From the NCBI GenBank assembly GCA_023231475.1, contig JALJEE010002185.1, positions 1 through 64,000 of the forward strand: a stretch of DNA of 64,000 nucleotides. The letters run 5' to 3'. Below are positions 13,350-27,819 of the stretch, one piece after another. Every line of letters begins with the position of its first letter. Positions within the stretch are counted from its first letter, which is position 1. A program made the position numbers and the translations under genes. The notes under the pieces were generated by a model. It had not been told where the DNA came from and made no database searches. It saw only the letters and a list, made by a program, of their open reading frames with translations. Source of the stretch: Seison nebaliae (taxonomy: Eukaryota).

Positions 13350-13634
13350 ACTCTAAAAAACAATTTTTAAACATCATCTCATTTTTTTATAAATTTTCAT
13401 CCAACATTTCTTCAAATAGTCTAATGATTAGTAGACAAAATGGCGGGAAATACATAACTTTCTAATGTTTATTCAGCGCCTTTATGCTTTGTATCTGTAT
13501 GAGATATTTCTTATCATCTAAAGAAATTTGACAGTTTACTTAAATTTCGTGAAATTTTAAAATTGTTTTTTAAGATTTCGTTCACCTAACTACTAAATAT
13601 TATAAATAGTTTCAATTGAGTTCTCAAAGAATAA

Positions 13635-14678
13635 ATGTTAAGAGAAATGATTAAACTGTTTTCATTCATTTTCCTCATTTATGGAATAAATTGTGAAAAA
13701 TGTGGAACATTATCAGGAAGTTGGAAGCGACTTTAAATATTTTCGAATATTCAAATTTTCAGATTTGAAGAAAAGATTAACTTTTGGAGATGATCCCAGA
13801 ACCATATGGCCCTGGACCGCTTTCATTGCACCAAGTAAATGCACTGGAGTTTTAATAAGAAAAAATTTCATCTTAACTTTAGCCAGTTGTATATCAAAGA
13901 TTGATCAGACAACGTTTATTTCTTCATATGATTGTTTCTAACTTTTCATTAACATTAAAAAATTTTTTTTTTCTTTATTTTCTAGTTTTCGTGTGACAGT
14001 AGGTGTGAGAAATACGAAGCATACGAGTAAAACTTATTCGGTAAGAAATATCATCATACATGAGAAATATGTTCCACAAGTCTCTTATTTGAAGACATCT
14101 GAAATAAGTGATATCGCCCTAATAGAAATTGATCCAGTCGTGAATGCTCGACCTATTTGCTTAGCCAAATATGAGGGAAGTATTAGCGATGGTGTTGGAG
14201 CGGAAGTTTTGGTCTCAGGATATGGAGCTCCATATCTGAATGCCGCTTTCGATGGAAAATTACGTGAAATTAATATGCAGATCACTTATCCAGAAGATTG
14301 TCTTTTAAAAGATGTCAATTTATTTTGCGCCAATTCTTTATGTTTTATTTTTTTCTGTTTAATAATATTTATTATTAATCATGACGAATAGCTGTCAAGA
14401 AAACGGTTTGCACTTCCGATAAGGGCAGTCCTGCAATGATGCAGAGTATTGGTCAATATTACGTTTATGGTTTGGCAATTAACAATAGTCGTCGATGTGT
14501 AAAGGAAGCGAATTTCATTGAAATTAATCCATTCATCTCTTGGATACAATCGAAATTGTTGCCACAGAAACCGTCCGGTCGTAAAACTTTCTCGGAGAAA
14601 GATTCTAATGAATGTTTTCTCAATTGTTACAAGAATAGATTTAACTATTCAAAATGTCTCAACAAATGTAAGAATTAA
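13635..14678 (+). CDS. Secreted trypsin-like (S1) protease homolog, predicted inactive; 4 exons
   Basis: Signal peptide, WPWTAFI, CTGVLI..FILTLASC, SDIALIE, RPICL, VSGYG, CTSDKGSP. Confidence 0.85.
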
Positions 14679-15077
14679 TTGATAACAATTATAGTTATAA
14701 CAAACGTCAACTGATCATCAACAGACAAACTGGTTTGATAAAATGATTTGAATATTAATTGAAAAATTTTCGTCTTTGTGATAATTCTAATAAATTTTAA
14801 TTTGTGGAGAATATTTTTGGACATTCCTAAACATTATAGAATAAATTTATCATTATTCATTTTTCTTCTATTATACCCATTTTCATTTTCATTCAACTAG
14901 TGATAGTCACAACTTGAAAAAAGAAAAGGAAAGGTCATATTTACTTAATTTACATAAGATATGTTTTGATAATTAATGATTAATTATTTAAGAATGAAAT
15001 GATAAGTATGTTGGTATTTGATATGAAGAATAATAGTTAGAAAAATAAAAAAATTTCTTTCAATCAAAGTGAAGAGG

Positions 15078-18000
15078 ATGAAAAAATTTGTTCGGAACGT
15101 GCTGCTTTCTTGTTGGAAGAATTGGATATGTATTCGAAGGAAATATGTATCGTTCACCATCGAATTAATATTTCCCATAATCATTCCCATTGCTATTATG
15201 GTTTTTGTACGATATGAGATTCCTGCTCAAAATGACAATACCACTACTTCTTGGGAATCGTTTTCTCCAGATGGTGGGGAGTTATTTCTACAAAATGCAT
15301 CAATTGGATACACACCTCCATCAATTAAGAATGACGAAATAATGAAACGATTAGGAAAAGTTCTGAAGATGAGACCTGTTCCTTTCAATGACGAAAAAAA
15401 GATGGAAACATCTTCAATGAATTGGGAAGCGAATAGATGGTATGCTGGAATTGTATTTATTGATGATGTTGCGAATAAAAAGATTGTACATTATAAAATT
15501 CGAATGCCAAATCGTTTACGTGTAATGACTTTTGGTAGTGCAAGTTGGAAAACAAATTCGATGCAAGCTCGACAAATTGTCTCGTTGAGACCGAGATCAT
15601 TAACAGAGAAGACAGGTGGAGTTCCCAATTATTGGAGGGAAGAATTCCTCAAGTTACAATGGGCGATTGATAACGAAATAGTTGGATCAAAAATGGAATT
15701 GGATGAATTGCAAAGAATAGATTATCCACCGTTTAATGATGATAAAATTGCCAATTTATTATCTAATCAATTACCATTCATTTTCACTTTGAGTTACATA
15801 TTCATTGTGATATTTGCAACACGATTAATTACTATGGAAAAGGAATCAGGAATAAGAGAATTAATGAAATTACACGGACTTACTCGAGCCCAACAATGGA
15901 TAGCATGGTCGATTCGTTTGTTTAGTTTAATGATAATTTCTTGTGTTATTATTACAATATTTTATAAAGTTAATTTATCAATAACCGAACTTGACTAAAA
16001 GTATTAAATGATTTTTAGATAAAAATTCCATATAAAGACACTAAATTTCCATCATCGGAAATTCTTCGATTTAGTTCGGGCAGTTGTTTCTTCGTATTTC
16101 TCCTCCTCCATTCACTTCTCTCCATCACTTTCGTGTTGTTGTTGGGAACCATCTTCAATAAAGGTTATACGGGAGCACTTGGTGGTGCCATTATTTGGTT
16201 CCTCTCGTACGTACCATATACATTCGTTCAAGGAAAAGAATTACCTTTAATCGCACGATTTTTCATGGGACTTCTTCCTAACATTCCAATATCATTTGGA
16301 ACGGAATTATTGAGTCAATTCGAAGGACGATCCGAAGGATTGCATTGGTCAAATATCACGAAAGATTATTTAGAGTCATATCGATTCATTTACATCTTCT
16401 TTTTTATGATCTTCGATTTCTTCTTTTATCTTCTTCTCGCCATCTATATCGATGACATAAATCCTGGAGAGTTTGGTGTACCGAAACCATGGTATTATCC
16501 GTTCACAGTTTATTCGTTTTTCTTAAGTATAATTTTCACTTTATTCTAAAATTTTAGTGTTGTTTCACAACATGCCAAAAAAATCAATACGAATCCGTTA
16601 CAGATATCACTGAATTTGCATCGGAAAACGGATCGGATGTTTTGGAAATGAATGAGATGAATGAAATGTTTGAAACTAAATCAATCAAGGACAAAAAAAC
16701 GATTGTGGATATTATTAAATTGAGAAAAGTGTTTCGAGCTAAAGGTGATCAGGGAAATGTGGTCGCTGTAGATAATTTGAATATGAAAATTCATGAGAAT
16801 GAAATAACTGCATTTCTTGGTCATAACGGTGCGGGAAAAAGTACGACTATTAATATCTTGACAGGAATTATGAAAGCAACATCAGGATCGATAATTTTCA
16901 ATTCGACTGATATCGTGAAATATCCGAATGAAATCCGAAATTCTATTGGACTGTGTCAACAGAAGAATATTCTATTCGATTATATGACAGTTGATGAACA
17001 TCTCTATTTCTTCGCACGTCTGAAAAATGCATCAAATGTTCAAGAGGAAAAAGACAAATATTTAAAAGAATTGGGACTGGAAGAGAAACATTCAGCTCAA
17101 TCGAAAACATTGTCAGGAGGTCAGAAAAGACGATTGTGTATTGGAATCGCTTTCTGTGGTAATTCGTCATTAGTGATTTTAGATGAACCGACAGCCGGTG
17201 TTGATCCTTCAGCTCGTCGTGAAATTTGGAATATTCTTCGATCGAACAAAACTGGAAGAACAATTTTATTGACGACTCACTTTATGGACGAAGCTGATTT
17301 ACTTGGTGATCGAATTGGAATTATGGTTGATGGAAGATTACAATGTTTTGGTTCTTCCATGTTCCTCAAATCAAGATATGGTTTAGGATATCGATTAACT
17401 TGTTCGTTGAAAGATAAGAATAATGTTGGTGAACAAATGTCGAAACAGGTGATTGAATGGTTGAGAAAGGAGGGTGGAATGAAAGAATCATCAATCATAA
17501 CAGCTATCGGAAATGAGATGTCTTTTCGATTACCAAAAGAAGGTTCATTCGATGGTCGACTAAGTGCAATGCTGAAATTGTTAGATACAAAAAAAGAAGA
17601 TTTCTTCATCGATAAATGTGGATTATCCATAACAACATTAGAAGAAGTTTTCCTTCGAGCAGTGAAAGCACAACCGAAACATGCTGAAGAAAGTGATAAT
17701 GATGAAATTGATGATGGATTTAATGTTTCTTCACGATTAATTGACAGATATGTAAAAAAAGATTATCGTGTCTTATCCGGTATGGCAAAGAGAGTACAAC
17801 AAGCGAGAGGTTTATTCCAAAAAATTTATTATGGAAATATCAGAAGATGGCGGTTTGCTATTGTTCAAATATTAATTCCCGTTTTCTTCACCATCATGTC
17901 AATAGTTTCAACAAAAATTATCAAATCGACAACTAAAGAAATTCCATTGTTGATGGGACCAGGAACATATAAAGCCGAAATATTTCCTTATCAATTCACA

Positions 18001-20492
18001 GAACAATTTACAAATGAAACAAAATTGACCGTTAAAAATTGTATTGAGAAAACTTTATCTGAAATGACAAGTAACGATGGTGTTCCATTAAATTATTTGA
18101 TGGCACATAATATTGAAGATCCATTCCCCGATAATTCACCATTCAAAAAATGTGGAGGTCTTAAAAATTTTAGAGAATATGCTTTGTGTTTTGGAAATAA
18201 GTTTGGAACTTATCAATATATTGCGAGCCATGTTATCGGAATGACAATTGGTAAAAAAAGCGACAAGTTGATGGTGAAAGGATTATTTCAAGATTTCTAT
18301 TATCATTCTGCTTCTTATTCATGGAATACCGTACAAAACTTCCGTCATAATTGGTTGGAAGGAAATGGAACGTTGGTACGAGTTTATAATCATCCATTAC
18401 CATTAACGGTTGACGATCGAAAAGATAAAAGAAGTAATATCTTAGAAACGATTGAAAGTTTCTTGGTTGCCACTAATCTTCTCATGGGATTCGCTTTCCT
18501 CTTTGCTTCATTTACGGCTTACATTGTCAATGAGAAAAATTCGAAAGCTAAACATCTTCAATATATTTCAGGAATTGGATCATTCTTTTATTGGGGAACA
18601 CATATGATATGGAATTTCTTCCAATATCTTATCATTATTGTATTAGTGGTCATTCTCGTAAAAGTGGGAGATATTCGATCTTTCTCTGACAATATTTGTT
18701 AGCAATCTTTCAATAATTCAATTTTCATAATTTATTTTTTTTCCTTTTTAGCACGTTCTACGGAAATTTTCCTTCTGTTGCTTTTGTATGGACCGGGAGA
18801 ATTATGTCTCATGTATCTTTTGTGTCAATTTTTTAAGAAATCTGCAACATCTGTCGCTTCCCTCACTGTCTTCAATCTCTTAAGTGGAATTATTCCTGTA
18901 ACTGTCGTTTATATCATCCAATTAGTCGATGACACGGGTAATATCGCCGATTATTTGAATTGGGTTTTTATGATAATATTTCCCAGTCATGCTTTAGGTA
19001 TGGCCTTATTGAATTATGGTGTTTTATATTCTCAAAAACTATTGTGCGAATTCCGTTTAATTAATTTTTTTTAAAATTTGTTTCAAATTTTCTTCTTTTT
19101 AGTGCCGATGTTACCAGCGTGTTCCATTGGCTACTTATCGTTTAACAAGGCAGCAATTGGAAGGAATATTGTAGTTTTAGCTGGTGATGCCGTTCTTTAT
19201 TCGGCAATACTTTTCTTCGTTGAATCTGATATTCTTAATAGGTTCAATCAATTTATTTTACGTAAATTTCATTCCAACACCAATCAATTAAACACAGTCG
19301 TTATCTTAACATTCTTCAAAATTGATAACATTATTTATGATAAATTAGCGGGGTGATGATGATGTGATAAAAATGAGAGAGAAAATTATGAATATGAACA
19401 TATATGGTGCAATCAATGAGGATCTACCACCAATTGTTGTGAAAGGTTTATCGAAGAAATTCGGTCGCAATATGATGGCAGTCAATCCGTTGTATTTCCA
19501 ATGTGAATATGGAGAATGTTTCGGTTTATTAGGTGCCAACGGAGCTGGAAAGACAACGACATTTGACATGTTGACTGGAATTCTTTATCCGACAAATGGA
19601 ACTGCATTCATAGTGTCTCATGATATTCAGAAAAATTTGAAAAATGTTCAGAAGAACATTGGGTACTGTCCTCAATTTGATGCGCTTTGTGAAATGATGA
19701 CGGGTAAGGAATTGTTAAATTTCTATGGACGATTGAGAGGCATCGCCAACGAAGATTTATCGGTTTATACGACTTTATTGTTACAAATGTTCAATATTGA
19801 AAGATATGCAAATACTATTGCTACTAATTATAGGTTAAACGGTTTTTTTGAAAATTTTGAATAGAAATAATTAAAATTATAGTGGTGGAAATAAAAGAAA
19901 ATTATCGACAGCGATTTCATTAGTAGGTAATTCTAAAGTTCTTTTCTTGGATGAACCGACAACTGGCATGGATGTGGCTGCTAGACGATATCTTTGGACT
20001 GTCGTCAATAAATTGAGAGATACACAAGAACATACTTTAGTTCTCACGTCGCATTCGATGGAAGAATGTGAAGCATTGTGTACAACTGCAGCGATTATGA
20101 TTAATGGACAATTCAAGTTAAATTTGCATTTCTTTCTCAAATTCATCTCTTATTTAAACAGATGTCTTAATTCGATTCAAAACCTTAAAAGTATTTATGG
20201 TGAAGGAGTTACGATTTCAGTGAAAGTAGCTGAAGGTGACGATTTAGAGGTTTTGGAAGAAAAAACTCAACAGAAATTCGGCAAGGAAAATATGATTTGT
20301 TTAAATAAATGCGATAAAATAGCAGAGTATCAGATTAAGACAACTGACACCTCCTTATCGTCAATGGCTGATATATTTGACTATATGAGCGAGAATAAGA
20401 AGCAATTGAATATCGACGATTTTTATGTCAATCAAACAACACTTGAACAAATATTTAATGCTTTTGCCAAAGAACAAACTGAGACGAATTAA
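15078..20492 (+). CDS. ABC transporter subfamily A (ABCA3-like) full transporter; 8 exons
   Basis: NBD1 GHNGAGKST/LSGGQKRRL/ILDEPTAGVD and NBD2 GANGAGKTT/YSGGNKRKL/FLDEPTTGMD; two TM domains; EKESG and TTLEQIF motifs. Confidence 0.95.
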
Positions 20493-21392
20493 TTAAGATA
20501 ACATTTATTTTCTATCATTTTATTATTATTTTAATTAATATTTTAAATTTATAAGTACTAAATGTAAAAATCGTTAATTTATTGAATTGAAAAAAGAATT
20601 AAACTCATCAACATTAAATTTCAATCATATCATATCATCCATAACAGCGTTTTAACGTATTCATATTTGTCGATTGAACATGTAATTATAGTGTCCTGAT
20701 TAAAATATCTTAAAACGTTAAATGACTTTCTATAATATTCCATCTATTAAACAATCACCGAATCAAAAAAATTTATATAACGGAAAGCTCATGCGAGTTC
20801 TCTGGTAAAAAAAACTTTTTGTATATCGATGATTACATTTTCGTTGAACTTCAGAACAAGGTCATCGGTCACAAAGTTCTAGAATACTTATGTTACTTTG
20901 TATTAAGTGATTGACTTACGATTGGTGGAAAATATTGGTTGAGTAGTGAAGTAGGAACCTAATAACCAGAACAGCGAAGTATCGTGGAAACAAAAGATAA
21001 TCAAATGCAAATGATACGTCGACGAAATGAAAACTTAACAAATTTATTATTATTTCGGAGAAGAAATGATGATAGAAGAATGAGAAAATGGAACATACTT
21101 TTCAAGTCGAAATTTATTCTGTAAATATATTTTGAGTTAAATAGATTAAAGAAAATATTAATTTGTCCTCGTACGCAATTTCCACGGAAAAGAGAAAAGA
21201 AGAATTAGAAGAAGACTATCTCCATAGAAAGATAATGGAGAATATAGTACGAAGATGTTTTAGGTAAAAAGAATTCCACATTTGTAGTTGATGATGATGA
21301 CGATGACAATGATGTTGATGAAACATTTATTCGATTAAAAGTAGGGTGATTAGATGGATTAGTTTAGTCGGAGAAACAGAATGTAGTCAGAA

Positions 21393-22308
21393 TTAGAACC
21401 ATTCATCACCATCCAATAGGAAATCGAATTCTTTGTCGCAGGAACCTTCCGCTTGCCTTTGGCAGGTTAATTTGGGCGCTTGCCGAAAAGCATAATGACC
21501 GTGGCAGCAATATCCGGCGGAGCAATCTTGATTCCATCTACATTCCCTTCCGTTCACTTCCACATTTCCTGCATGATTGGAAAAGTTAATTAAATTGAGA
21601 GATAAGTTGATTAACTGTGTTGACCTCCGATATGAACTTTAGGAGGCTCGTTAAATCCTTGTAAAGAGTATTCCTTTAGTGTCATGCATGTTCCTTTTTG
21701 TGCTGTAAAATTGGACAATAGTAATTAGTATTGTGACGAATGTGAAACACTCACTTAACATCACTACAGAACACAAAACAACTTTTGAATTTCCAAGAAA
21801 AATTATTTTTTTTCGCAAATAAAAAACTTTGACAAAATTATCACAATAAAAATGATAATAAAACTGAAAGAAAAATAAATAGGAGAATAGTTCAATAAAA
21901 AAAGAGAGTTCAATTCATTCAAACCAAATAGTTTGACCTTGTTCATCTTATTACGTTTAGCGCCAAGAAAAGTTCGGCGAGGAACTCCTGAATAAGAATG
22001 ATTTAGTAGCGACGGATGGTAGCAATAGACGAAGGTGATATTCATTGTGTTGAAGAAGAAGAATCGACAGATTTAGATATTAAGATAAGATAAATGTTGA
22101 AGAAGAAACCTGGTGACGTATTTGGAGTGAGGACGCATGCTTCACCTTCACAACATTCTGAACTGATATCGCACTTCTCACCAGGACTCAGACATTTGTA
22201 TTGGCCGGTAAATCTTTTAATTGAGGGAAATGAGTATTGTGTAGCATTGTGAATTGAGATGGCCAGCAAAAGATAAACGATCCAAAAATATGAGGCCTTA
22301 GAGTACAT
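21393..22308 (-). CDS. Secreted Cys-rich prohormone-3/ITG-like peptide precursor
   Basis: Signal peptide, KR site, CLSPGEKCDISSECCEGEAC...KGTC, then ECRWNQDCSAGYCCHGHYAFRQAPKLTC, which resembles the prohormone-3 CC....HRQxPxKxC motif. Confidence 0.75.
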
Positions 22309-24960
22309 TGGGTAAAGTTTTTTCAAAATTGGCTTTTTCTAATAAAACGAAGAAAAGTTTTCAAATGATGATTTGTTTGAATATCAATCTATATTGGAAG
22401 AGAATATCTGTGATTTGAGATGGAACGAGAAGAATAAATAACAGAAATGGAATGTTTAAATGAAACTGACAACGACTGGCTGAGAGAATAGACGTTGAAG
22501 TAAAAATGAATTTGTAAAATGGGAAAATTAAGAAGATTGAATTCATCCTCCTCCTTCTTTCTTCCAGTCTACTTATTTATGTGAAAAGTGGAAGAAGTAG
22601 AGATAGTAGGAGGAACATGGAATTAATAAGTAGAATAATTTCTAACTAATCAGATAAGATAAGACAAGAGAAATAATAATATTAAATTGGCATACTTTTC
22701 GGATAAAGTTACAGTCATTAATTAATTTCAATTTATGCGGGAACTGATAAGTGCAACGATAGAAGGAAATGAAATGGATGTCTGCTAACAAAATGGAGAG
22801 GATCGGTTAAATGGAAATTGGGGGGAATGACATAATATGAATCGAGAGACTTACAATGGGAAATGTTACTTACAAGAATTGGTGGGAGGAATGGAAGAAT
22901 TCTCAACAATTGGAATGCGTGAGAGTGAGAAGAAGAAATCTATAATAAACATCTTTCCCAAGTATCAATCGGATATACTATTTGCTCGAATTAAGTAAGG
23001 CGGAATAATGAAATATGAATGGAGGGGGGGAAGTATTCATTCTGTTGTTTGTATCTTTATCTTCATTCTGGAGATTATGATAACGATTATTATTTCTTAT
23101 TTGCTTTTCTATTTCTTTCATATTAATACTAACAGTGTCATTAAAATGAGAAAATAAAATTGTTTCGCTGTTAATTCGCCTCGTCTCCCTCCTCTCCTCT
23201 ACTCCTCCTCACCAGTCTGACCATCGTCATTAACATTATCGGTCTTATTGTTGTTAAGAATGTTCGATAATGAGCAAAAACTTTCGTTTCAACACCATGA
23301 TTGCTGAAGAACTTTTTAAGTGTATTTATTTGCATATTCTCATAATACATACAATGTCATGATGAATTAGCACTAGACTCTAACGAAATTTCAAGAAAAA
23401 GAAATTATTGCCAACTAGAAAATTACTTTTACTTATCGTCTTTTTCTTTGCCATGTTCGATAACTGAATTGATAATAATTCATAAAATTACCCATTGGAA
23501 AAACTAGAATGAATACATATTTCATAAGAATCCTCTTCAGATAACGGAGAAGCTAAGCGAACACAACTTCTACTCCGTCAAAGATAATCAGCCTTCCGAC
23601 TAATTCTTCTCGTTCCGATCGAGATTACAACGACTCGTAATTTGCAAATATATTTCCAAGTTTATCCAACATAAATTTAATCAGCCATCTCGACTCCGAT
23701 GATAAGATGTGGAAAGAACAAAAAATTCCGGATCCAATTTCCATAACGGCAATGACCAGTCCAAATATTATGAAATGGTCTTCGGAAAGATTTGTTAATG
23801 AAGAAATTAATGCGTAGGATTTTCTTCACAATGCGCTTAGTAGGCGGTAGACGTATTGGGGAAGACGCGGAAACGACGTGACAAACAGAGTGAAAAGACT
23901 AAGAATAACGCTCGATTAAACAATCTTTTTCGAATGCCTAATAAACATTGACGTTCGTTCATGTAGTAGGAAAGCAGTTCTAATGGTTCTAATGGGAATA
24001 TCCTCGCTCATTATAGATTGGAAGTAGCTAATCAGAAATGAAATGATTGATTGTCAGTAAGCAGTTGATAAGGAACAGGAAATTTCTGACGAGATATATG
24101 ATATGAATAAAACATTACGAACAAATCTACATATTAATTCTTTTATCTTCATCATTCATTCATCGTGAAGGTGTACATTGCAACAACATCTTCATAAGAC
24201 AGATTACATGCATATGATACGTAACTATCTGTACGAACGAATTAAAACTGTTCATTCGTCTCTCGTTCATTCTACTCGATATGTATCGATCATTCTTCTT
24301 CCATTCTCGACCATATTATATGGTCGTTTTATCGAATCTTTTATTTACTAACTAATTGCATTTCTTCTAATGCAACAACAATTCAAATTATGCAAAAGAA
24401 GAAGACGATTTCAGGAATGTTTTACATTCAACACATACATCGATTGATCGACCGTCCGACCAACCAACCAAATTAGCAAAACGAAGCAACCGACGAAAAA
24501 ATCGTATAAAAAGAATAAGAAGAAGAAGAAGAGAGTGTATAGTCTCATTTGTTTGTCTTTTATATCACTCTTGATTAAATGGAACAAGTATGTCGTCGAC
24601 ACATTTTAAATGAAGAAACTTTTCTCTCAAGCTCTCCGGAGAGCGATTGCTCCTTCCCGACCCACAACTCAATTCCCTTATTTGGATGAGGAAAGATTTA
24701 GTACGTTCGGAATTAATTTGAAACAAAATTTCCTATATCAACACCAATGTCACTAAATCAATCATCGACTTACAACATGTGTCCCAATGAGATTGATGTC
24801 CGGTGAGAGGAATTGATAAATAAATAGATATGTTAATTTCGGATCAAATCGATCCGGAAATTTCATTTAAATAAAATAAATATTATCTTCATCTCCGTTA
24901 CGAAATAAGCGAAATAAGTCATGTGTCCATACGAGTTAAGAACATCAATCGAAAACACAT

Positions 24961-27190
24961 TCAACGAAGTAATGCATTCGTTACCGATTGCGCATTAAGT
25001 GTCATCAAGTCACCATATTGTTGTCCAGTGCCAACAAAAATGATCGGTTGTCCCGTTGTATATGTCATAGAAACTGCTGCTCCCACCTACTCGCGAACGA
25101 TATACAAATTAATATTTCACGTCATAATTTGTAAAATAACTTTGTCATCAATCGTATCGAATTTCGTTAGAACAATGCCATTGATTCCACACACTCTCTC
25201 TTCTCCGTTATTCTCCAATGCATTGCTGCTATTGTCGATAATAGCATTATTGAATTTCGTCAATTGATCAACAGCTTCGTTGCCAACCAATGCTTCTCCC
25301 ACGAACAGAACGAGATCTGGTTCATTCAAATCAATCAATTTCGATAACGATTTCATTAACGGTTCATTGTCTTGCATCCGACCAGCTGTATCCACCAAAA
25401 CCACATCATATTGTTCGTTTTTCGCTAAAAATAAAAATTTAATAAAATTAATTTAATTAATTTCTACCTTTCTGTATAGCCGATTGTGCGACAGTTGCCG
25501 CATCTTTTCCATAACCACGATCGAACAATTCGACCATTTGTCGATTTTTACTAATAAAATAAATTAATAATTATTAAATTATTTAAAATAATAATTATAA
25601 ATTTAAACTGATCTCCAGGATGTAATTCATTCAAATGACGATAATGTGTTCGTAACTGTTCGACGGCACCTGATCTAAAAGTGTCACATGCAGCAATCAA
25701 TACACGATTGTCATTGTCATTAAGCCAGAAACAAATTTTCGCTAAATTTGTCGATTTCCCAACACCATTTACACCACAAAATACGATGATATATGGTCGA
25801 TGATTCTGTTTCGCTGCATTCACATCACGCAACACATTAATTCGTCGCTTTGGCGTCAAAATACTTTGGAGTGTATTCTCCATCGATCGTCTTACTATCG
25901 AACCAATTCCTTCAAATGTGCTAATGTTTTGTCCAAGTAAATCATTTCCTACTGCGCTACATAACTTGTCTGCAACGTCACTTGCTACATTCTTCACAAT
26001 TAATTTGTCTTTCATTGCTGTCAGAAAATCTGTCAACATTTCTTCAGTTAACGTCTTTTTCATGAGTGACATGAAACGACCAAATAGACCACTCGATTTT
26101 TCATTGTCCTTCTTCTCTGTTGAATTCTCTTCGATTTGAAGTAAAGGTAATTCTCCCACTAAATTACCCACCAAATTCTTCTTCGCATATTGTGTTATTG
26201 AACCTTTTTCATTATTCTTTGTGGTAGAATAATCGAATGCTTCCTGATTCTTATTACTGAACGCCCAAGATTGTTTCTTCTTTCCACCGACACATTTCAC
26301 TTGTTTCGGTGGCGATAATTTCCCATTCTCAAACTTCTTTCCCTTATTCGTAATATTAGGTTGAAATGATGGAATGTTTTTATCGAACTCTTTAAACATT
26401 TCGAATAATTCCGTTTTATTCTGATTCTCCTTCTCTACATGTCGTTCCGTCATCTCATCCTTTTCTGAATGTTCTTCACTCTCATTTTCTTCTTCCTCCT
26501 CTTCAATCTCTTTCAAATCATTCTCTGATTCTTCTTGTAATTTTTTGATCTTTTTCTCTTGTCTCTTCCTTGCTTTCTTACCAGCACCACCTGTTGGTTG
26601 ATCGACGTCACGTTGAGTTTTCATCGAATCAATCGTCTTTTCGAATTTCTTCGATTGGATATAGGCGACTGGTGCAGAATGTGTAAGCTTCGTACTCTTC
26701 TCACATAATTGAAGTGTTTGATGGAAAGTTGATGAAAATTGAGAATAATCGTATGTGAAAAATCCATCTATCAATATCGATGATGATGATGAGAAGAATG
26801 ATGGAAGAAGAAACTTTTATTGAGAACGTTTCGAAATTGATCACGAAATTTCTGTTCAATTTCACTCAAAAATTTATCCATGTACGATAATTTATAAAAA
26901 CGTTGATAGGCAACAACATACATCAAATTGAACTCATTGTCACATAAATATTTGATGATGAGATCATCTTTTTCGAACGTGTAATTGATACACTTCTTCT
27001 ACAAAAGTTTCCATGAAAAAAATTGGAGAAAGAAACAAAAATTTTAAAGAAAATTTTCAATTAATCAACTAACTGCAACAATTCCATTACGAATAAAGGA
27101 ATTAATTGCACCATTCAACGGTTCTGTCGCTCCTTGGAAACACCATAGAATGAAACCGCCTTTCGAGAATATGGAAAACCAATCGAGCAT
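24961..27190 (-). CDS. SRPRA: Signal recognition particle receptor alpha; 6 exons
   Basis: [16 protein letters not shown] (SRX domain), [61 protein letters not shown]. Confidence 0.97.
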
Positions 27191-27819
27191 AATTTTGATT
27201 GATAAAAGTAAATTGTCAATTTCAAAAGAAATTAATAAGCAAAATTGCCAACTGTTTCATTCATTTTATTTATATATTCATGGTTAAATGAAAGTTGTTT
27301 AGCAAAGGGTTTTCATTCGTTTTTTTAATTCACATTTTTGGCTTGCAACGTCTAATTTAACAATATCTCTAATGAAATTATCATTATACGTATTTTATTA
27401 TATTATTCCTATTCACCTAACTTAATAAGTTTATCATTAATAAATTTAATCTTATGTATATATTTGGGGAGTAAATAAAACAGAAGTTTGGGCTTATAAA
27501 TTCTATAAAATAATATAAGATTATGAGAAAATTAAACAGTTTAATATTTAACACAATTATTACTAATTACAATTGTATATAATATATATGCTTATTACTA
27601 GATAACTAATATTAATTTTGATATTAATCTATTTGATTGGATCGACAATCAAAAAAAAATTCTTTAAATATATTATATATACATGATAACTTCATCATAT
27701 CAGTAGAGATAAAATAATAATTAAAATTTCATTAACGATAAAAAATAAAATAAAATTTGAAAAAATTATATTTCTTCCAAAGTCGTGTAAAATAGATTAT
27801 ACATAGAAATTATTTTCTT

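Noticed and set aside
22400..24900. Long non-coding region with several WGATAA motifs and a 14-bp palindrome (gctctccggagagc, ~24631)
   Set aside because: Plausibly regulatory DNA for the prohormone gene, but GATA enrichment is modest for AT-rich DNA and no RNA-gene structure was recognised.
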